From NCBI GenBank assembly GCA_013239625.1, contig MU054391.1, forward strand, positions 7,969,095-8,033,094: a stretch of 64,000 nucleotides of DNA. Direction: 5' to 3'. This stretch comes from Lama guanicoe (lineage: Eukaryota). Made by a program: the position numbers and the translations under genes. The notes below the pieces were generated by a model, which was not told the DNA's origin, searched no databases, and saw only the letters and a program-made list of their open reading frames with translations. Positions 24,291-37,259 of the stretch are shown here, piece after piece. Numbering within the stretch: position 1 is the stretch's first letter; every line of letters starts with the position of its first letter.

Positions 24291-25329
24291 TGTTCCTTCT
24301 TTGCAGAGTGAAGACTGCCTAACTTACAACAATGACATGCTACGTGTCATCCACGTCTATAGCAAATACAGCAAATGAAATGGGTGCTTATAATTTAATA
24401 ACGTCTGTATTAACGTCACGTGTAGATCCTTAAAAGAGTCTGACAGTCAATGCTGGTAGCAGGGTGGTTCTGCTGAATTTCTCTGAGGCCCCCCAGCATC
24501 TCAGGATACAGACACGTCCTTCTCCCGAGGCTGCACTCAGGCCAGACACCCCCATTTGCACGAGAGGCTGGGAAGAGGGCAAACCAGGCTCAATACAGCA
24601 GGCCCATTTCGCAGATACACCAACCGAGGACAGCAGTCCCGCCAACAGACACTCGCGTCTGCACTTCCTCCTTCCCTCTTTACGGTGTTTCTTCCAAACC
24701 CTGCACTTTGCTCCCTTCCCTAAGGATGGCACTGGACCAATGAGGAAGGCGCAGCATCGAGAAACGCCGAGTGCTCCCAGCACTGACTGTTGCAGAAGAG
24801 CAAAGCGCTCCTGCTCTGTCTCTCCAGGTGACAGGGGGGCCACACTCATCCTGCCTCCCTACTGCCCGGCAGCGCCGCTGTCCCAGAGCAGGAGCTGCCT
24901 AACGCATTGGGAACCGCGTTCTTCAATTACTTATTTACACTGTGAGCTCTGTGAGGTCAGGGGTTGGGATGATTCATCGGCACGTCCGCAGCACTTACCT
25001 CGGCGCCTGACAGGCATGTTTCCCTCCGGCAGTCATCGCTGCAGGGTCCAGCCCGGCTGCGGGTGCAGGCAGTAAGACGCCGACTTGTGCAGAAGGCAAG
25101 CGGACACCGCAGAACCCGGCTGCATCCCTCGCGCCCCTGTATCCATGCCCCTTGCAAGGTGACTTTGCAGCATCTTTAAAGCACTGGTGTGATTTTCTAG
25201 TGTGTTTGTATCTTCCAGCCCCACGACCGTCTTCCTCCTGCCCGCGGGACACCCAGGTGTTTCTCACCCCAGGTCTCTCCTACCGGCTCCCGTGGGATTC
25301 CTGAGATCCCACAAGATCTGGCTTTCTCT

Positions 25330-25570
25330 GGGCGGAGTGGTTACAGCAGCAGCATCTCGGCCTGAGGCGAGGTCCTCTGAGCTGCCCCTGATGCACAGAG
25401 CATCCCAGTCCATCCTCGCCCTGCCGCTCCATCTGGACCCAGACCTAGTCCCCTGCACCCACTAGAAGCCACAACATCTACCCTGCAGGTTCCAACTGTG
25501 CCCTTGAAGTGGCTCTGCCTCTATGACTTGCTCTGGCCAACAGAAGGCAGTGAAGGTGACGCTGGGACGT
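25330..25570 (+). mobile_element. Old MaLR/ERVL LTR fragment (MLT1H-J or LTR16-like)
   Basis: cccttgaagtggctctgcctctatgacttgctctggccaacagaaggcagtgaaggtgacg. Confidence 0.45.
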
Positions 25571-26340
25571 TTATTAGCTTTTAGTTCTGAGTAACTAGAG
25601 ATTGTCTCAGAACTGCGGAGCGAGGTGAAGCTGCGCTTTCAGACTGGGGCGTGCATGCCGCGGGCGCCTTCCAAGGTTTTCGGGGTGAGGATAGCTTTCA
25701 GCTAATCAGCGTTTGGATTCACAGTATCCACAGGTCCTCTTTTCTAACACTGATCTGCTTAAGGGGTTCTGGGGTCCAGCCCAGTCTCCTCACCCACCAC
25801 CCTTCCCTAATTGCTCTTCTAATTGCATCGGATTTACCCGTTCTGAATCTTTTTATGGTACATTGTCCCGAAGTGTAAAAGTATTTCAGACTTAAAACAA
25901 GGGGTGACTTGTACATGCATCTCTCTGAAGGGAGCCTCCCTTTAGTGCAAAGCAAAGGGAGCGCCCGCAAGAAATACCGAAACAGAGCCTGGCTGAATCC
26001 AGGCAACAAGCTCCCAGGAAGGGCTTGAGGTCTCCCTCTCTCTTTCTCTCTCTCTTTCTCTCTCTCTTTCTTTTCGTTAGAGTGAAAATCATGTTCTGAC
26101 AGCACTGCTTCTTAACATTTTTGCTTCAACTTTAAATGTATCGATTTTTATGGTGAACATCTTCCATAGAGTGAGGGAGTTAAACCCACAGATCCAACGT
26201 TTTCATTTAAAATGTATTTATAGTCCCACAGTATGTATTAACATAACTCTCCGTTTGAATACTATATAATACACAAGTAAGGAGAGCACCACTATCTGAA
26301 CTTGTAACAATATTTTAGGAGCCAATTTTAATAAGTGTAG

Positions 26341-26883
26341 TGTGACAACATCGGAAGCCCAGCCCCCAGCCCCCGCCTCCGGGAGCTCGCACTCCATGTG
26401 TCCCGGGGCAGAACAAGGCTCTCCTCCCGTCAGATCTGCTTCTTTTACTTTAGCCTTTGTATTCAAGTGAATCCCTAAAGGGATGTTGCCTATAGGCTAA
26501 GTTACACACAATGGCCCATCTCCTGGAACCCTGCCTCCCAGGTAATGAGCCTTACGCTAAAATACCTTTGTTTAGCTCGCAGGCAACATCCCGGCCAGGC
26601 CCACCTGTGAATGATGGCGGGAAGGAAGAGGTGAACACCTCCCCTTCGGAGGCTGACCACCTGGCTGACCGGAGCAGGAAACGTTTGGCTTTACTCCCGC
26701 CCCTTTTAGCAATAAAGAAACGTGAAGTCTCACTCAGGCAAGATGGCTTTCTGAGACTTTAGTCCATCGTCTTCTCCGTCTGCTGGCCTTCCGAATGAAG
26801 TCGCTATTCCTCATCCCAACACCTCGTCTTTCGATGTGTCAGCCTGTCGTGGGGAGAGCAGTAGGGACTTGGACTCGGTGATG
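26341..26883 (+). mobile_element. ERV1-type solo LTR
   Basis: TGT start; R/U5-like ggcaagatggctttctgagactttagtccatcgtcttctc..tgctggccttccgaatgaagtcgctattcc..ccaacacctcgtc..gcctgtcgtgg..gagcagta..cttggactcggt end, like laurasiatherian MER41/LTR8-group LTRs. Confidence 0.75.
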
Positions 26884-29447
26884 TGCTGTCTCCTCACGAA
26901 CTGGCGTGTGACCAAGAGTATCCAGTGGAGGTGTCAGCGTGCGACTTCCGAAGCCAGGCCATTCAAACAGTATGATGCTTAATACTAAGAGCTAACATTC
27001 TTAGAGCTCTTTTCACACTGTGCAGGAAGTGTGTGCGCTGCACCCAGGCAGAGCAGAGCATCCCAAACACACCCACCCCGAGTTGACCAGAGGAAGAGAC
27101 AAGACTGGACAAATGGGAGGGTGAACCCATTCGGAAAACTAAACCCTTGGTGTCTGCAAAGCAGATTGACAAGCCAGCGGCTGGGAGAGGAAAGAAGGGA
27201 GAAGCTTATAAATTCATCCCCGTGATCCCCCTCACCACCAACATGGTGGCGCTCATGGCGGAAAGCCCAGTGGCAGAGGCCAACCACATTCTAATATCAC
27301 AGCCCCGAATCTGTGGTTGGTGAGAGAGCAGCCCCGCGCCCCCACCCCCGAAGCAGCTGCATCTTGAAGGCCGTCTCTGTGTGTCTCAGGCCCCCGCCGC
27401 CTGCGTGTCAGCTGCATGTTGCCCACTGCTTCTTCCAGCCTCTTGTCCTCAGGGACTTAGATTTCTTCATGTCAATTGAGACCTTAGAAATGTGTTGCAG
27501 AGCCTGGAGTCCTGCAGAGGATGCTCAGAGGGCACAACTGTCCCCACCGCTTGCATGTCCCGACTCCCGTCACTCTCGTTAGCCAGCAGTGGGGTGGGAG
27601 GGGCTCCCTGCATTCAAATAAAGTCCAGCTCTTAGCATCTGACCCAAGCCTTGGGTACGAGAAGGAGAGATTATGATTGGACCTAGACAACCAATTAAGT
27701 GCAAACAAAATAAACACTGAAGCAAGGTACTCAGGAAGTCATCAAGTTCCTTTACTGAACAATATAGTCCAGGGCCAATAATCAATTAGGATATTGGACT
27801 GAACGGTATCCTTGCATTTTTGCACCATATGACATGTTCACGTCTTTATAAACACCCCAAAGAGAGCAAGCTCTCCAAGGAAAGCTACCTATTTCATTGC
27901 AATTTTCATGAACCTTTCTAACAAAATTGGCAGTGATATTCATGTCCTCCTTTGCTTCATAATTACTGGGCCATTTTCACACTGGGTGTATCTTTCACCA
28001 TAACTGTATGAGTAAGGTCGCTCCTTTTTGGGGATGTGGAACTGTAACTGAGAGACACAGCATCCGGGTGGTGCAGGTTGTGCACTGCACGACTCCACGG
28101 AATTCTGTGCCCAGCGTCACATAAATAGCCAGTGGCAGGGACCCATCTGATCTCTAATCACAGCCTTTTTTTTCACTGACTCAGATATCCCTCTGCTGGT
28201 CTTTTCGGTTCGTTTGTTTCTCTCACAATAAGGTTTTTATTGACAAAGGAGATGAATATGAGGTTTCAAGAGAAACAGCAGAACTTTTGAAAAACTGATC
28301 CCTTCCTGAGCTTTGCCGTAGAAGAAAGGAGAATTAACAAGAGGGTGGGCGTGAAGGGGGTGGCAGGGAGGTTGTAGCCTGCAGGGTTACTTGAGCTAGA
28401 AGGGAGGATGTAAAATTTTAAAGGTTGGGGACAGAAGGGAGCTATTGGTGTCGGGGTGGGGGTGGAATTTTACTGAGACAGCTGCAAATGCTGTTGAGCC
28501 CATCTGAGATTCAGAATCTGTTTGTCTTATGTTGTATTTTGACTGAACATTTGTTTTAGGCCATCCCTGATAAAAAAGGACCCCACACGTGTGCGACAAG
28601 GAATGAAAGGACAGAATGCCACAACGAGGTGACATTTGTGCTTGGCATTGAAAGGGGTCGAGGAGGGGTGATGGGTTCCTGCTGCAAATCCAGCCCAGTA
28701 GCTCCCTTTCCTGCTGAGATGGGGCGTGGCTTCCTCCTGCAGGTCCGGAGAGGTCCAGGAGCCTGCGCCCTCACAAGGGGTCGGTGGGGTTGCAGGTAGA
28801 ACTCTCTGGAATTACGGGTAACATATTTACAGCAGAAACACAACCTCAGTCTTGTAGGACACAAGGCAGCCGTTTATATGAATCAACACCTCTGGCATTA
28901 ACAGGATTAAGTATGTTGATTTTTCACTTCCGGAAGGACACTAGTGATTATAAAGCTTCCTTAGTTTTGTTTTTTTTTTGAAGTATTTTTGGTGTTTTTT
29001 CCACCAACCACCCTCCACACTTAGCTTTCCTTGCACATTCAGACATTTACAGTAAACAGGGATTAGCCTTGGCTAACCAAGAGTGGCTAGCAGATGGTTT
29101 TAATTAACTGTGTCTTAAAGAGAAAAGATCTAAGGGTAAGAGGGAGACGATGTACATATACACAGCAGAATGCACATGGCGGGACAGCGCCCATCTCTAC
29201 TGCCCCCCCCCCGTCCTCGTCCTTTTCTTCTTCATGTATTTTTCCTTCTGTCTTTTTTTTTCAAAGAAGCAATTTAGATTCACACAGCAAGACATTAATC
29301 TACTAATTTCCATCACTTTTTTTTATCTGTATGTAAAAGAATAAACATATACAGAGAACATATAATAGAAAAACACGAAAGAGAAAGACTATGTCTTGCC
29401 TGATTTGCAGGCTTCCGTGCCATCTAAAGTGTATCTGAGTAACAGCA

Positions 29448-29981
29448 CCTTGGATGACTTGGGTGTCAACTTCACTGGGCCACGTGATGCCCAGCTATCT
29501 GGGTAGACGTTATCCTGGGGGTGTCTGTGAGGCTGTTGTTGGATAAGATAAGCATTTAGTCAGGAAGACCCTCCCCAGTGCCGGTGGGCATCGTCCAATT
29601 AAAAAAGTGAAGGAAGGTGTGCCCCTTTCTGCCTGACTGCTGAGCTGGGACACTGATCTCCTCCTGCCCTCGGTGCTCTTGGCTCTCAGGCCTTCAGACC
29701 TGGACTGGGATCTACCCCGTCGGCTTCCCCACCCTCAGGACTTTGAGCTGTGTCACCAGGTTTCCTGAGTGTCCAGCTTGCGGATGGCCCATCATGGGAC
29801 TTCTCAGCCTCCATACTTACTGTGTGAACTAATCCATCAGGATAAATCTTGTTTTATAAACTAGATTTTATATATATATGAGCATAAAATGTATAGATGT
29901 GGGGAACCTAGTAAGTGATCAAAAAGTCAGTCAATCTGTATCCTGTTGGCTCTGTTTCTCCAGAAATCCCTGCCTCATACA
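29448..29981 (+). mobile_element. ERVL LTR, MLT2B/C-like
   Basis: gtgtcaacttcactgggccac; ggtgtctgtgagg; ctctcaggccttcagacctggactgg; atgggacttctcagcctccata; end tcctgttggctctgtttctccagaaatccctgcctcataca. Confidence 0.9.
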
Positions 29982-30339
29982 TGTAGCTTCCTTTTTCAGA
30001 TCACTTACTAGATTCCCCACACCTGCAGGTTCTCTTTATTTAACCTCCTCAGGGATCAAGGTGCTAGGGAGTATTTTGTCTACTTTACAGATGAATAAAC
30101 CAGGCTGAGTGATCACGTGAGTTAGGTTTCAACAATGCCAATACTTGTGCTTCCAATCACGATACCATAGGTCAAAAACTGTGGAGTAAAAATCACTGTA
30201 AAAGCCTTGAAAAGCAATGCTCAGAGATCATATTTAAAAGTTTGGTAATTTTGAAAGGACTCAGTGGTTCATCGGTGACTGAACACCTGGTAATTCATCT
30301 CATGGGCCCTGGGGGAGGGCTGGGCAGTAGCCAAATGTC

Positions 30340-30570
30340 ATCACCATCATCATCTTCTGAGCCGACACTGTTAGAAGCAGAACTGATGCTTCCTTTGTAC
30401 ACGTTAACTCTTACAAAGTAGATCCTACTGTTGCCCTTGTTTTACAAGAAAAAGCTTGAAACACAGATAAGTTAAACATTTCCCATGGTCATGCAGTAAA
30501 TGGTGGCTTTCAGATTTAAATCCAGGACTCTGCGCCAGAAGCCACGTTTGTAACTAACACACTGCCTCGT
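30340..30570 (-). mobile_element. MIR SINE
   Basis: tgttttacaagaa..gaaacacagataagttaaacatttcccatggtcatgcagtaaatggtgg..gatttaaatccagg. Confidence 0.7.
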
Positions 30571-30847
30571 GAGAGGAGGTGAGTGCTGACTTCAAGGCAT
30601 GGACTTGCTGTCTCAAGACCTGAGGGCTGGGCTGGGTAGACAAGTTACCTGCAATTTATATGTCATGTGATTAGCATGCTTCCAGGAGTGCTTAGATTTT
30701 TTTTGCATGAAACAGAAGTCACTCAGAACCTCTGTCCAGATTCCTTAAACTCAGAAAAGGACGGAGAATTCAATGTTCTTAGTAGCCCTAATTCTAATAT
30801 ACACCAACAGAGGGAGGAGAATGGCTGTTCAAAAAAGAGACTGGGTT

Positions 30848-31317
30848 TGTGGTGGGCTCAGTGGTGGCCCCCAACTAGGACAAGCCTTAACCCATGGAAC
30901 TGGACAGTGCTATCTTATATGGTAAACTTTTACAGATGTGATTAAAGATTTTAAAATGAAGAGATTATCCTGGATTATCTGGGTGGGCCCTAGACACTAC
31001 AGTGAGTGTTCTTTTACAGAGAGAGGCAGAGAGAGATCAGACACACAGATAGGAGAGGCACGGGAGATGAGTGCAGAAATTGGAGCGATGCAGCTATGAG
31101 CCAAGGAGCACTGGCAGCCCCCATGGCTGGAAGAGGCAAATAATGGATGAAAGATTTCTGGAGCCTCCAGAGGGATCTCAGCACCACTTACGACTTGATT
31201 TCAGCCCAGTGAGACTGATTTTGAAGTTCTGGCTTCCAGAACTATGAGAGAACAAATTTCCGTTGTTTTAAGCCACCATGTGGTAACTTGTTACAACCAC
31301 CATAGGAAACGAATACA
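30848..31317 (+). mobile_element. MaLR solo LTR, MLT1C-like
   Basis: tgtggtgggctcagtggtggccccc; agattatcctggattatctgggtgggccct; ttgatttcagcccagtgagactgattttg; end ataggaaacgaataca. Confidence 0.92.
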
Positions 31318-31556
31318 GGCTCTTAAGTTGTGGTCCAGAGAGAGAATGTCTAAGCCAGAGGGAAATATTTGCCTCTGGTTGGGCCTTATCCCTACTGACA
31401 GTTCCCACTGCCCTCCTCCACACAGCCACAAGACAGGCACATCCACGGAGACGTTGTGGCTCTTCTCGGCCACTGCCCCTTGCCTTGGTCTACTGCAGAT
31501 GCACCTGATCACACTCAGTGTCTGCAGGTCTCAGGTCTGGACTTTATTGCCACTTC

Positions 31557-31902
31557 TGTACTAATCAGGGTTCCCCAGAGAAACAGAACTGATAGTGTGC
31601 GTGTGCGTGTGTGTGTGTGTAAGGAGACTGACAAAGAGAAAGCGAAAGATAACTTATTCAAATCCAGAGGCCATCTGCCGGCAGAATTCCTTCTTGCTTG
31701 GGAGAGGTCCATCTTTGTTTTATATTGGCCTTCAACTAGTTGGATGAGGCCCACCCACCTTATGGAGGACAATCTGCTTTGCTCAAAGTCAACTGATTTA
31801 AATATTAATCATATTCAAAAACCCACCCTCACTGAAACATCCAGAATAATGTTGAACCAAATATCTACCCAGCCAAGTTGACATATAAAATTAACTATCA
31901 CA
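31557..31902 (-). mobile_element. ERVL LTR, MLT2D-like, with perfect 5-bp TSD
   Basis: tgtactaatcagggttccccagagaaacagaac...ccaagttgacatataaaattaactatcaca; ACTTC at 31552-31556 and 31903-31907. Confidence 0.93.
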
Positions 31903-32389
31903 ACTTCTTCTCTCCTCCCTCTGGACTTGAGGATTTACCTTGGTTTCTTCAACTCAACTCTTAATTACCTGCTGGGCACCATACTTCAACCTGTGGTAGT
32001 CAGCGACAGTGCCATCTCTGAATAAACTGATGATTAAAAAGACAATTAAAACATCTGTGTTAACATAGGCCTCACTTTATGTGGGCATTGAAGGGAGTGG
32101 GGGTAAGTGGGGTAAGGACAGAGTCACCAAATATGGAGGAAAAGAGTGATTGGCAGTAATTTCTGGGGTGAAACAGTGATGGGGGTTATGGAATAGATCC
32201 AAAACAAGAGATCGGAAATTCTTATAGAAAAAGACTGCACACCTAGAAGCACGCGTAGCTGAGAGAAGCAACCTGGAGTGTGTGAAAGCCATAAAAAGTG
32301 GGTCCCAGAAAGACTCGTTATGGCAGAGTCTGCAGCACAGTCCTTCCTATATATGGTAGCCGGATGTTTTCTCACAAAGATGAAGAGCT

Positions 32390-32630
32390 GCTGTGCAGCT
32401 GTAAGCTTGACAAACTTGATTTAAAAGCAGTAATTCAAGGGAAGACAAGGTCAGTTCTGGCCCAGGGTCAAGGCCCTAGAGAAGAGCTGGTACCTGAGCT
32501 GGGCCTCGAGCAATGGGCGGGTTTCAGTGAGAGAGCGCAGTGAAGCAGGGAGGGAAGGGAGGCTGAGCCAGGCAGAGGCACACAGGTGCAGAAGCCCTGG
32601 CCATGGGAGTTCCTTGTCTAAGTCGGCCGC
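32390..32630 (-). mobile_element. L2 fragment
   Basis: tgagctgggcctcgagcaatgggcgggtttcag; ggcagaggcacacaggtgcagaagccctgg. Confidence 0.55.
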
Positions 32631-33629
32631 AGAAATGGATGCAACGGTTGGGCTGTCAGACTCCTGTCCACCTGTCTCCATGCTAAGCATAGAAGATGAG
32701 GCTCTGTTGAATGTCCCCGAGAGTCCATTCCTGAAGGATCCATCCAAATTCAGCAGTCAGCTCAGGGACGAGGAGCAGCTTGTGTTTCAGGAAAGTCCCT
32801 CTAGGGTAAAAGTAACCGCAGTTGTAGGGAACAAGCCTTCACGTCCCACTTCAGGAGTGTGAACGTCTACCTCTTCTGCAGTCCTTCACCGATTCCATAC
32901 GAGATTCAGGATTTCACCCCAGGATGATGGAGTTGGCATCGCCTTGCTTGTTTAGGCATCGTTTTATATTTCAAATGAAATTTGTACCTTTAATATAGGT
33001 TCAAAAATATAACCCAGTAACTACGCTTTGGTACATTTCAAACCAATGCTTTGTCTATCTCAAATCTGGACCAGAAAGCAGCACAGGGCCATGCAGAGCG
33101 GCAGAGACGGGGAGACAGAAGGCGTGGGCTCCGCCTGTGACTTGTTCACTTGGAGCCATTTGACGAGCGCACATGGCGAAGCCCCTTCGGCCGGGCCGAC
33201 ACGTCCACTGGGCACAGCGTGCACAATGCTGAGCTTCCTGGGCTCTGCAGAAATGCTTTACTTTCTTTTAATAAAAAGTCAGAATTCAAAATGAACTCTT
33301 AGGTCAAAGCAAATACTTTGACACATAATATCGACATTTTTGTCTTTCTATCCACATAGAATAAAATAATAAAGTTTAATATTTTCTTTTAGGCAGAGAG
33401 GCCCACGATGATCAAAACGCTGAGGGTCTAAGACAGTCACAACACAGCCCTTTTCGCTGGACCTTAGTTTCCTTATTTGCAAAAAAAAAAAGGGGGCTGC
33501 ACGTGACGAGCTTCTGTGATGGAACTCTTAAGTCCCACGGGCATTTGTAAGATAGTCACAGAGTTCTGCCAGCAACTTTTAACATTTTATAAAGTCCAAC
33601 GGGAATTACACAGCGTCTAGAGGTTCCCT

Positions 33630-33870
33630 TACGTGGAAAGTACATTAGTTTTGGAATCAAATGGATCTGGGCTCAAATCACAGCAGTCAGCAATTTACCT
33701 GCTATGTGAATTCAGACACACGACGCGGTACTGATCCCGAGAGTCTTTGTCCACAATATGTAAAATAAGAAAACAAATATCTATTTCTTAGGGTTGTTTT
33801 GATAATTAAAAGTAACAGAAACAACCCACACAGCACAGGTCCCTCTCTCCTGACAGGGCCTCCGTAAATA
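33630..33870 (+). mobile_element. MIR SINE
   Basis: tttggaatcaaatggatctgggctcaaatc; tgtaaaataag; tagggttgttttgataattaaaagtaa. Confidence 0.75.
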
Positions 33871-34213
33871 ATACTGTCATCAATTTTTACCACTTTCCTT
33901 TTGAAAATTAACAGTTAAATGTGATGATACGTGATCTTATGCCAATCATTGGCTTTAGCAAATGAGTGACTAATAAAACTTAAGAAAATGAATGAAAATA
34001 ATTAACAATTTGAGAGACACCATTTTTATTTTACTTTCCTATAAGCATTCCTCTTTATTTTTCAGATGGGATAAAGTTTGGTGGCTCTGAAGTTGTTCAT
34101 TCATTTATTCAATCACTAGATTAAATAAAGTAGAAATGCTAGAGACGGCTTAGAAATGTACTATTAAGGAAGAGGTAAGAAAGCTAAGGGAATGGATTTA
34201 TTACATCTGTATC

Positions 34214-34691
34214 TGTTATGGACTGAGTTGTGCCCCCTAGCCCGGATTCATGAAGCCCGAATTCTCAATTTGACTGTATTTTGAGTTAGGGCCTTTATGG
34301 AGGTAATTAAAGTTAAGTGAGGGCATAAGGATGGGGCTGTAATCCAACAGGACTGGCGTCCTTATAAGAAGAGGAGGGGACACCGGAGTTCTTTCTTTCC
34401 TGGATACACAGAGGAATGATCTTGCGAGGACACAGGGAGAAGGTCACCATTTGCAAACCAGGAAGAGAGCTCCTAGCAGAAGCCAAATTTGCTTGCAACT
34501 TGCAACTTGACCATGAACTTCCAGCATCCAGGAGTGGTGNNNNNNNNNNNNNNNNNNNNGTTGGTCAAGTACAACTATGACAAGAAGAACCAAGAACCAA
34601 GGAGAAAAAAAAAAAAAAAAAAAAAAAAAAAGGCCTGTTTAAGCCACCTGGCCTGCAGTATTTTGTTACGGCCATCGGAGCTGACAAGGGC
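34214..34691 (+). mobile_element. MaLR LTR, MLT1A-like, interrupted by gap, foreign sequence and poly(A)
   Basis: tgttatggactgagttgtgcccc; ggaggtaattaaagttaagtgagg; ggactggcgtccttataagaagagg; gtttaagccacc..gtattttgttacggc. Confidence 0.92.
34540..34559. other. Assembly gap (20 N)
   Basis: Run of n. Confidence 1.
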
Positions 34692-36864
34692 CAGAGACCT
34701 CGGCACCTGGCTATGGCCCTGCCCCAAGGAGGCACAGAGTAGGGTCACGGGGGAGGAGGCACCAGCATCCATGAGAAGCTCTGTGGCGACACCGCCTCCA
34801 GGTAAGGATTGTCAGCGGAAGATGTGGACATGGCGCTGGGCACTTTTGTGCAAGAGTGATGATGTAGAAAGAGCAGAGGCCAGGAGACAGCATGTGACCT
34901 TAAGCGGACAGGGGAACAGAGATTCCCATGACGCACAGCAACACCAGGCGGGCGGGGCTCGGGGATGCCTCGCCCACCGCGGCGCACCGGGGGCCTCCCT
35001 TCACGCCGCGATGTCCGCTGCCTCGGCTCTTCTTGGACGATTTTATAATCCGGCTTTTGTAGTTCTGCACAGTAGGCATGCTGGTCTGTCACTTCCAGTA
35101 CTGCTAGAAGTGGAGGTCAGGAGACAATATATTTCTAAACAGGGGGCTCATAAAGGGGGAAAAAAAAACTAGTAAAAGGGAATTCCTGGTGGTGAACAGA
35201 CTGGATGTTAAAGAATGACATGAATTCAAATGGCCTTTCTGGTTACTCGTTTATCGTTCTCCAACTTCCTTAATCCAAGTTCAAGTTCCCTAGGGACAGA
35301 TATTTTCACCAGATTCATGATGAAAAGGACTTTTAAAAATGAAGCCATGAGGTATAATGGAGCAAGCGAAAGCTACCGCAGTAAGAAGGTGCCGTTCTCA
35401 TCCCCGTCTCCTCACCGACCGACCGGGAACTTCACAGCTGAATGTCTGTTGGCTCCCCTTTTACCGCGCTTGCTCCGCTGAGATTTACATCCTAAAGCAC
35501 CAACCATAGGTCCTGGCGTATTTTACACGCTTCGTACGCACTATTTTTCTCCATCCTATTCAAGGCTTTTCGTGTCTCGTGCTGCACCCTGTGGCCGCTC
35601 ATTTACAATTTCTCCCGTATATTTTTACATTTTTGCCATTACATTTCTGGAGGGAACAGGCAGTTCTGATACTGCTTTTCCTTCTCTTGCGACTGAATAT
35701 TATTTATTATTTAGATTTATAAGCCAAACCCTTTTGCAATAAAGTCATTTCAGGGCACCCACACAAGGTTAAAAGCTTTAGGTCAAATACACAGAACTAT
35801 AAAAATAAACAGCCAGAGTACACAGTAGAAATATTATTTAAAGAAAAGTGGTGACTTCAACAGAGTGGCCCTTTCAGAGAAAGTCATTTGAAAAGATACA
35901 AAGATGAATGAATCTCATGGTGCTTTCCAGCTGTTTAATTAAGGAGTTGGAAAAAATAACCCACCCCTCAGAATTTGCTTCAAAATTGCAGTTAAGCCAA
36001 AGAGGGCAGATGGCCAGACCTTAACCAATGCAAATGTTCATTAATGTTTCTCAAAACAGAGGCATGAGAAAAAGTGCATACATTTCAGAAGGCCAGGGGC
36101 AGACCGTCCTCAATGCTACCTTATGCAGACATTCCAGAGAGGTGACTGGCTGTCACCCAAAAAGCAGCTGAGTTGGAGCCAGTGAAATCTTTCTTGTCCT
36201 TTCAGCCAGGGTGGGTCACTCTTGCATTTCTTCTGTTTCCCATCCAGGCTTTTCTCACAGAATTTAAAAGACCTGATTTGATTTTCCATTTACGTGTCTG
36301 TGTCCTCCTGTGACTCTGAGCTTTCTTCACAAGGGACTGGTCTCTAATGTTTCCCTGTGCACAGTTCTTGACTGATGTCACCTGCCATAAATATTCATTA
36401 CACAAACAGACAAATGCAAACTGGATATGGACACTTTTCCACCGGAGATGCTTTTCGCAAAGCTAAAATTATTAGGTAGGATGTTTGTGTTTCAACAACC
36501 AGTGAAGCTTTGAAAACAGGAACCAGCTCAGAGGGACTGAAAGAAGCCAAAACCGTGGCTCTTTGCATTTGAGATCAACCAAGCATCGGTGCTGCACTGG
36601 CGGTCTAAAGAGAACGTGCAGACCAGCTCCTGAGAGCAATCCACTCACAGCCGCAGGGAGCCCGGGGCTCTGACCCCCACGTGAGCCTGGAACCCAGGTC
36701 CCAAAGCGCTCCTGGTCCCAGCTTTCCCAGCCTGCACAGCTTCATTCTAGGTTCCGGGGTGTTCACTCAACAAAGGGTCATTCCTAGTTCTTGCTGAGTG
36801 GAGAGGCTGCAGGAGTGCTCCATGCGGAAGGGACGGCCTCCCTCATTTGAAATCGGGTTGGCTG

Positions 36865-37100
36865 ACAGCATACTTTCTGGGGCCCCGGTGTCTGGGTTTG
36901 ACTTCACCTGTTCACTTACTAGTGATGATCTTAGGTACATCACTCTGCGCCTCAGTCTCTGTACATGTAAAACAGAAATAATATTAATTCCATTCCCATA
37001 AGCTTGTTGTAAGCACTAAATGGATTAATGCATTCCAAGCATTTGGATCAATGCGTGGTACCTAATGAGCTCTCTGTAAGGATTTGCTTTTATTATCATC
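36865..37100 (+). mobile_element. MIR SINE
   Basis: cacttactagtgatgatcttagg..ctctgcgcctcagtctctgtacatgtaaaacagaaataata..gttgtaagcactaaatgg. Confidence 0.8.
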
Positions 37101-37259
37101 ATATCTGTATCTGCTTTTCTAATGGTTTTTTCTTCCTCCTCTTCCTCCTCCCTCACCCTACCTCCCTCCTCCTTCTCCTAATGATAGTATAGAAATAACA
37201 TCATAATTATTGTAAAGCTACCACTTTTTAGAATGTCCTTTGAGTCACTTACTATGTAA

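Noticed and set aside
24464..25075. 203-aa ORF
   Set aside because: Lies in a GC-rich patch overlapping L2-like sequence; overlapping ORFs on both strands; no domain.
28057..28100. gtgcaggttgtgcactgcac hairpin-like sequence
   Set aside because: Resembles a MER91-type MITE end inside a MIR; too short to call an ncRNA.
28400..28822. Possible old LTR ending ggtaaca
   Set aside because: Only the terminus is suggestive; I could not match the body to a family.
32527..32862. ORF with protein-like C-terminal half (IEDEALLNVPESPFLKDPSKF...)
   Set aside because: 5' half is L2-derived; no family recognised; no convincing splice sites.
34489..35172. 227-aa ORF with poly-Lys
   Set aside because: Starts within an MLT1A, crosses an N gap and an A27 run, then a GC patch.
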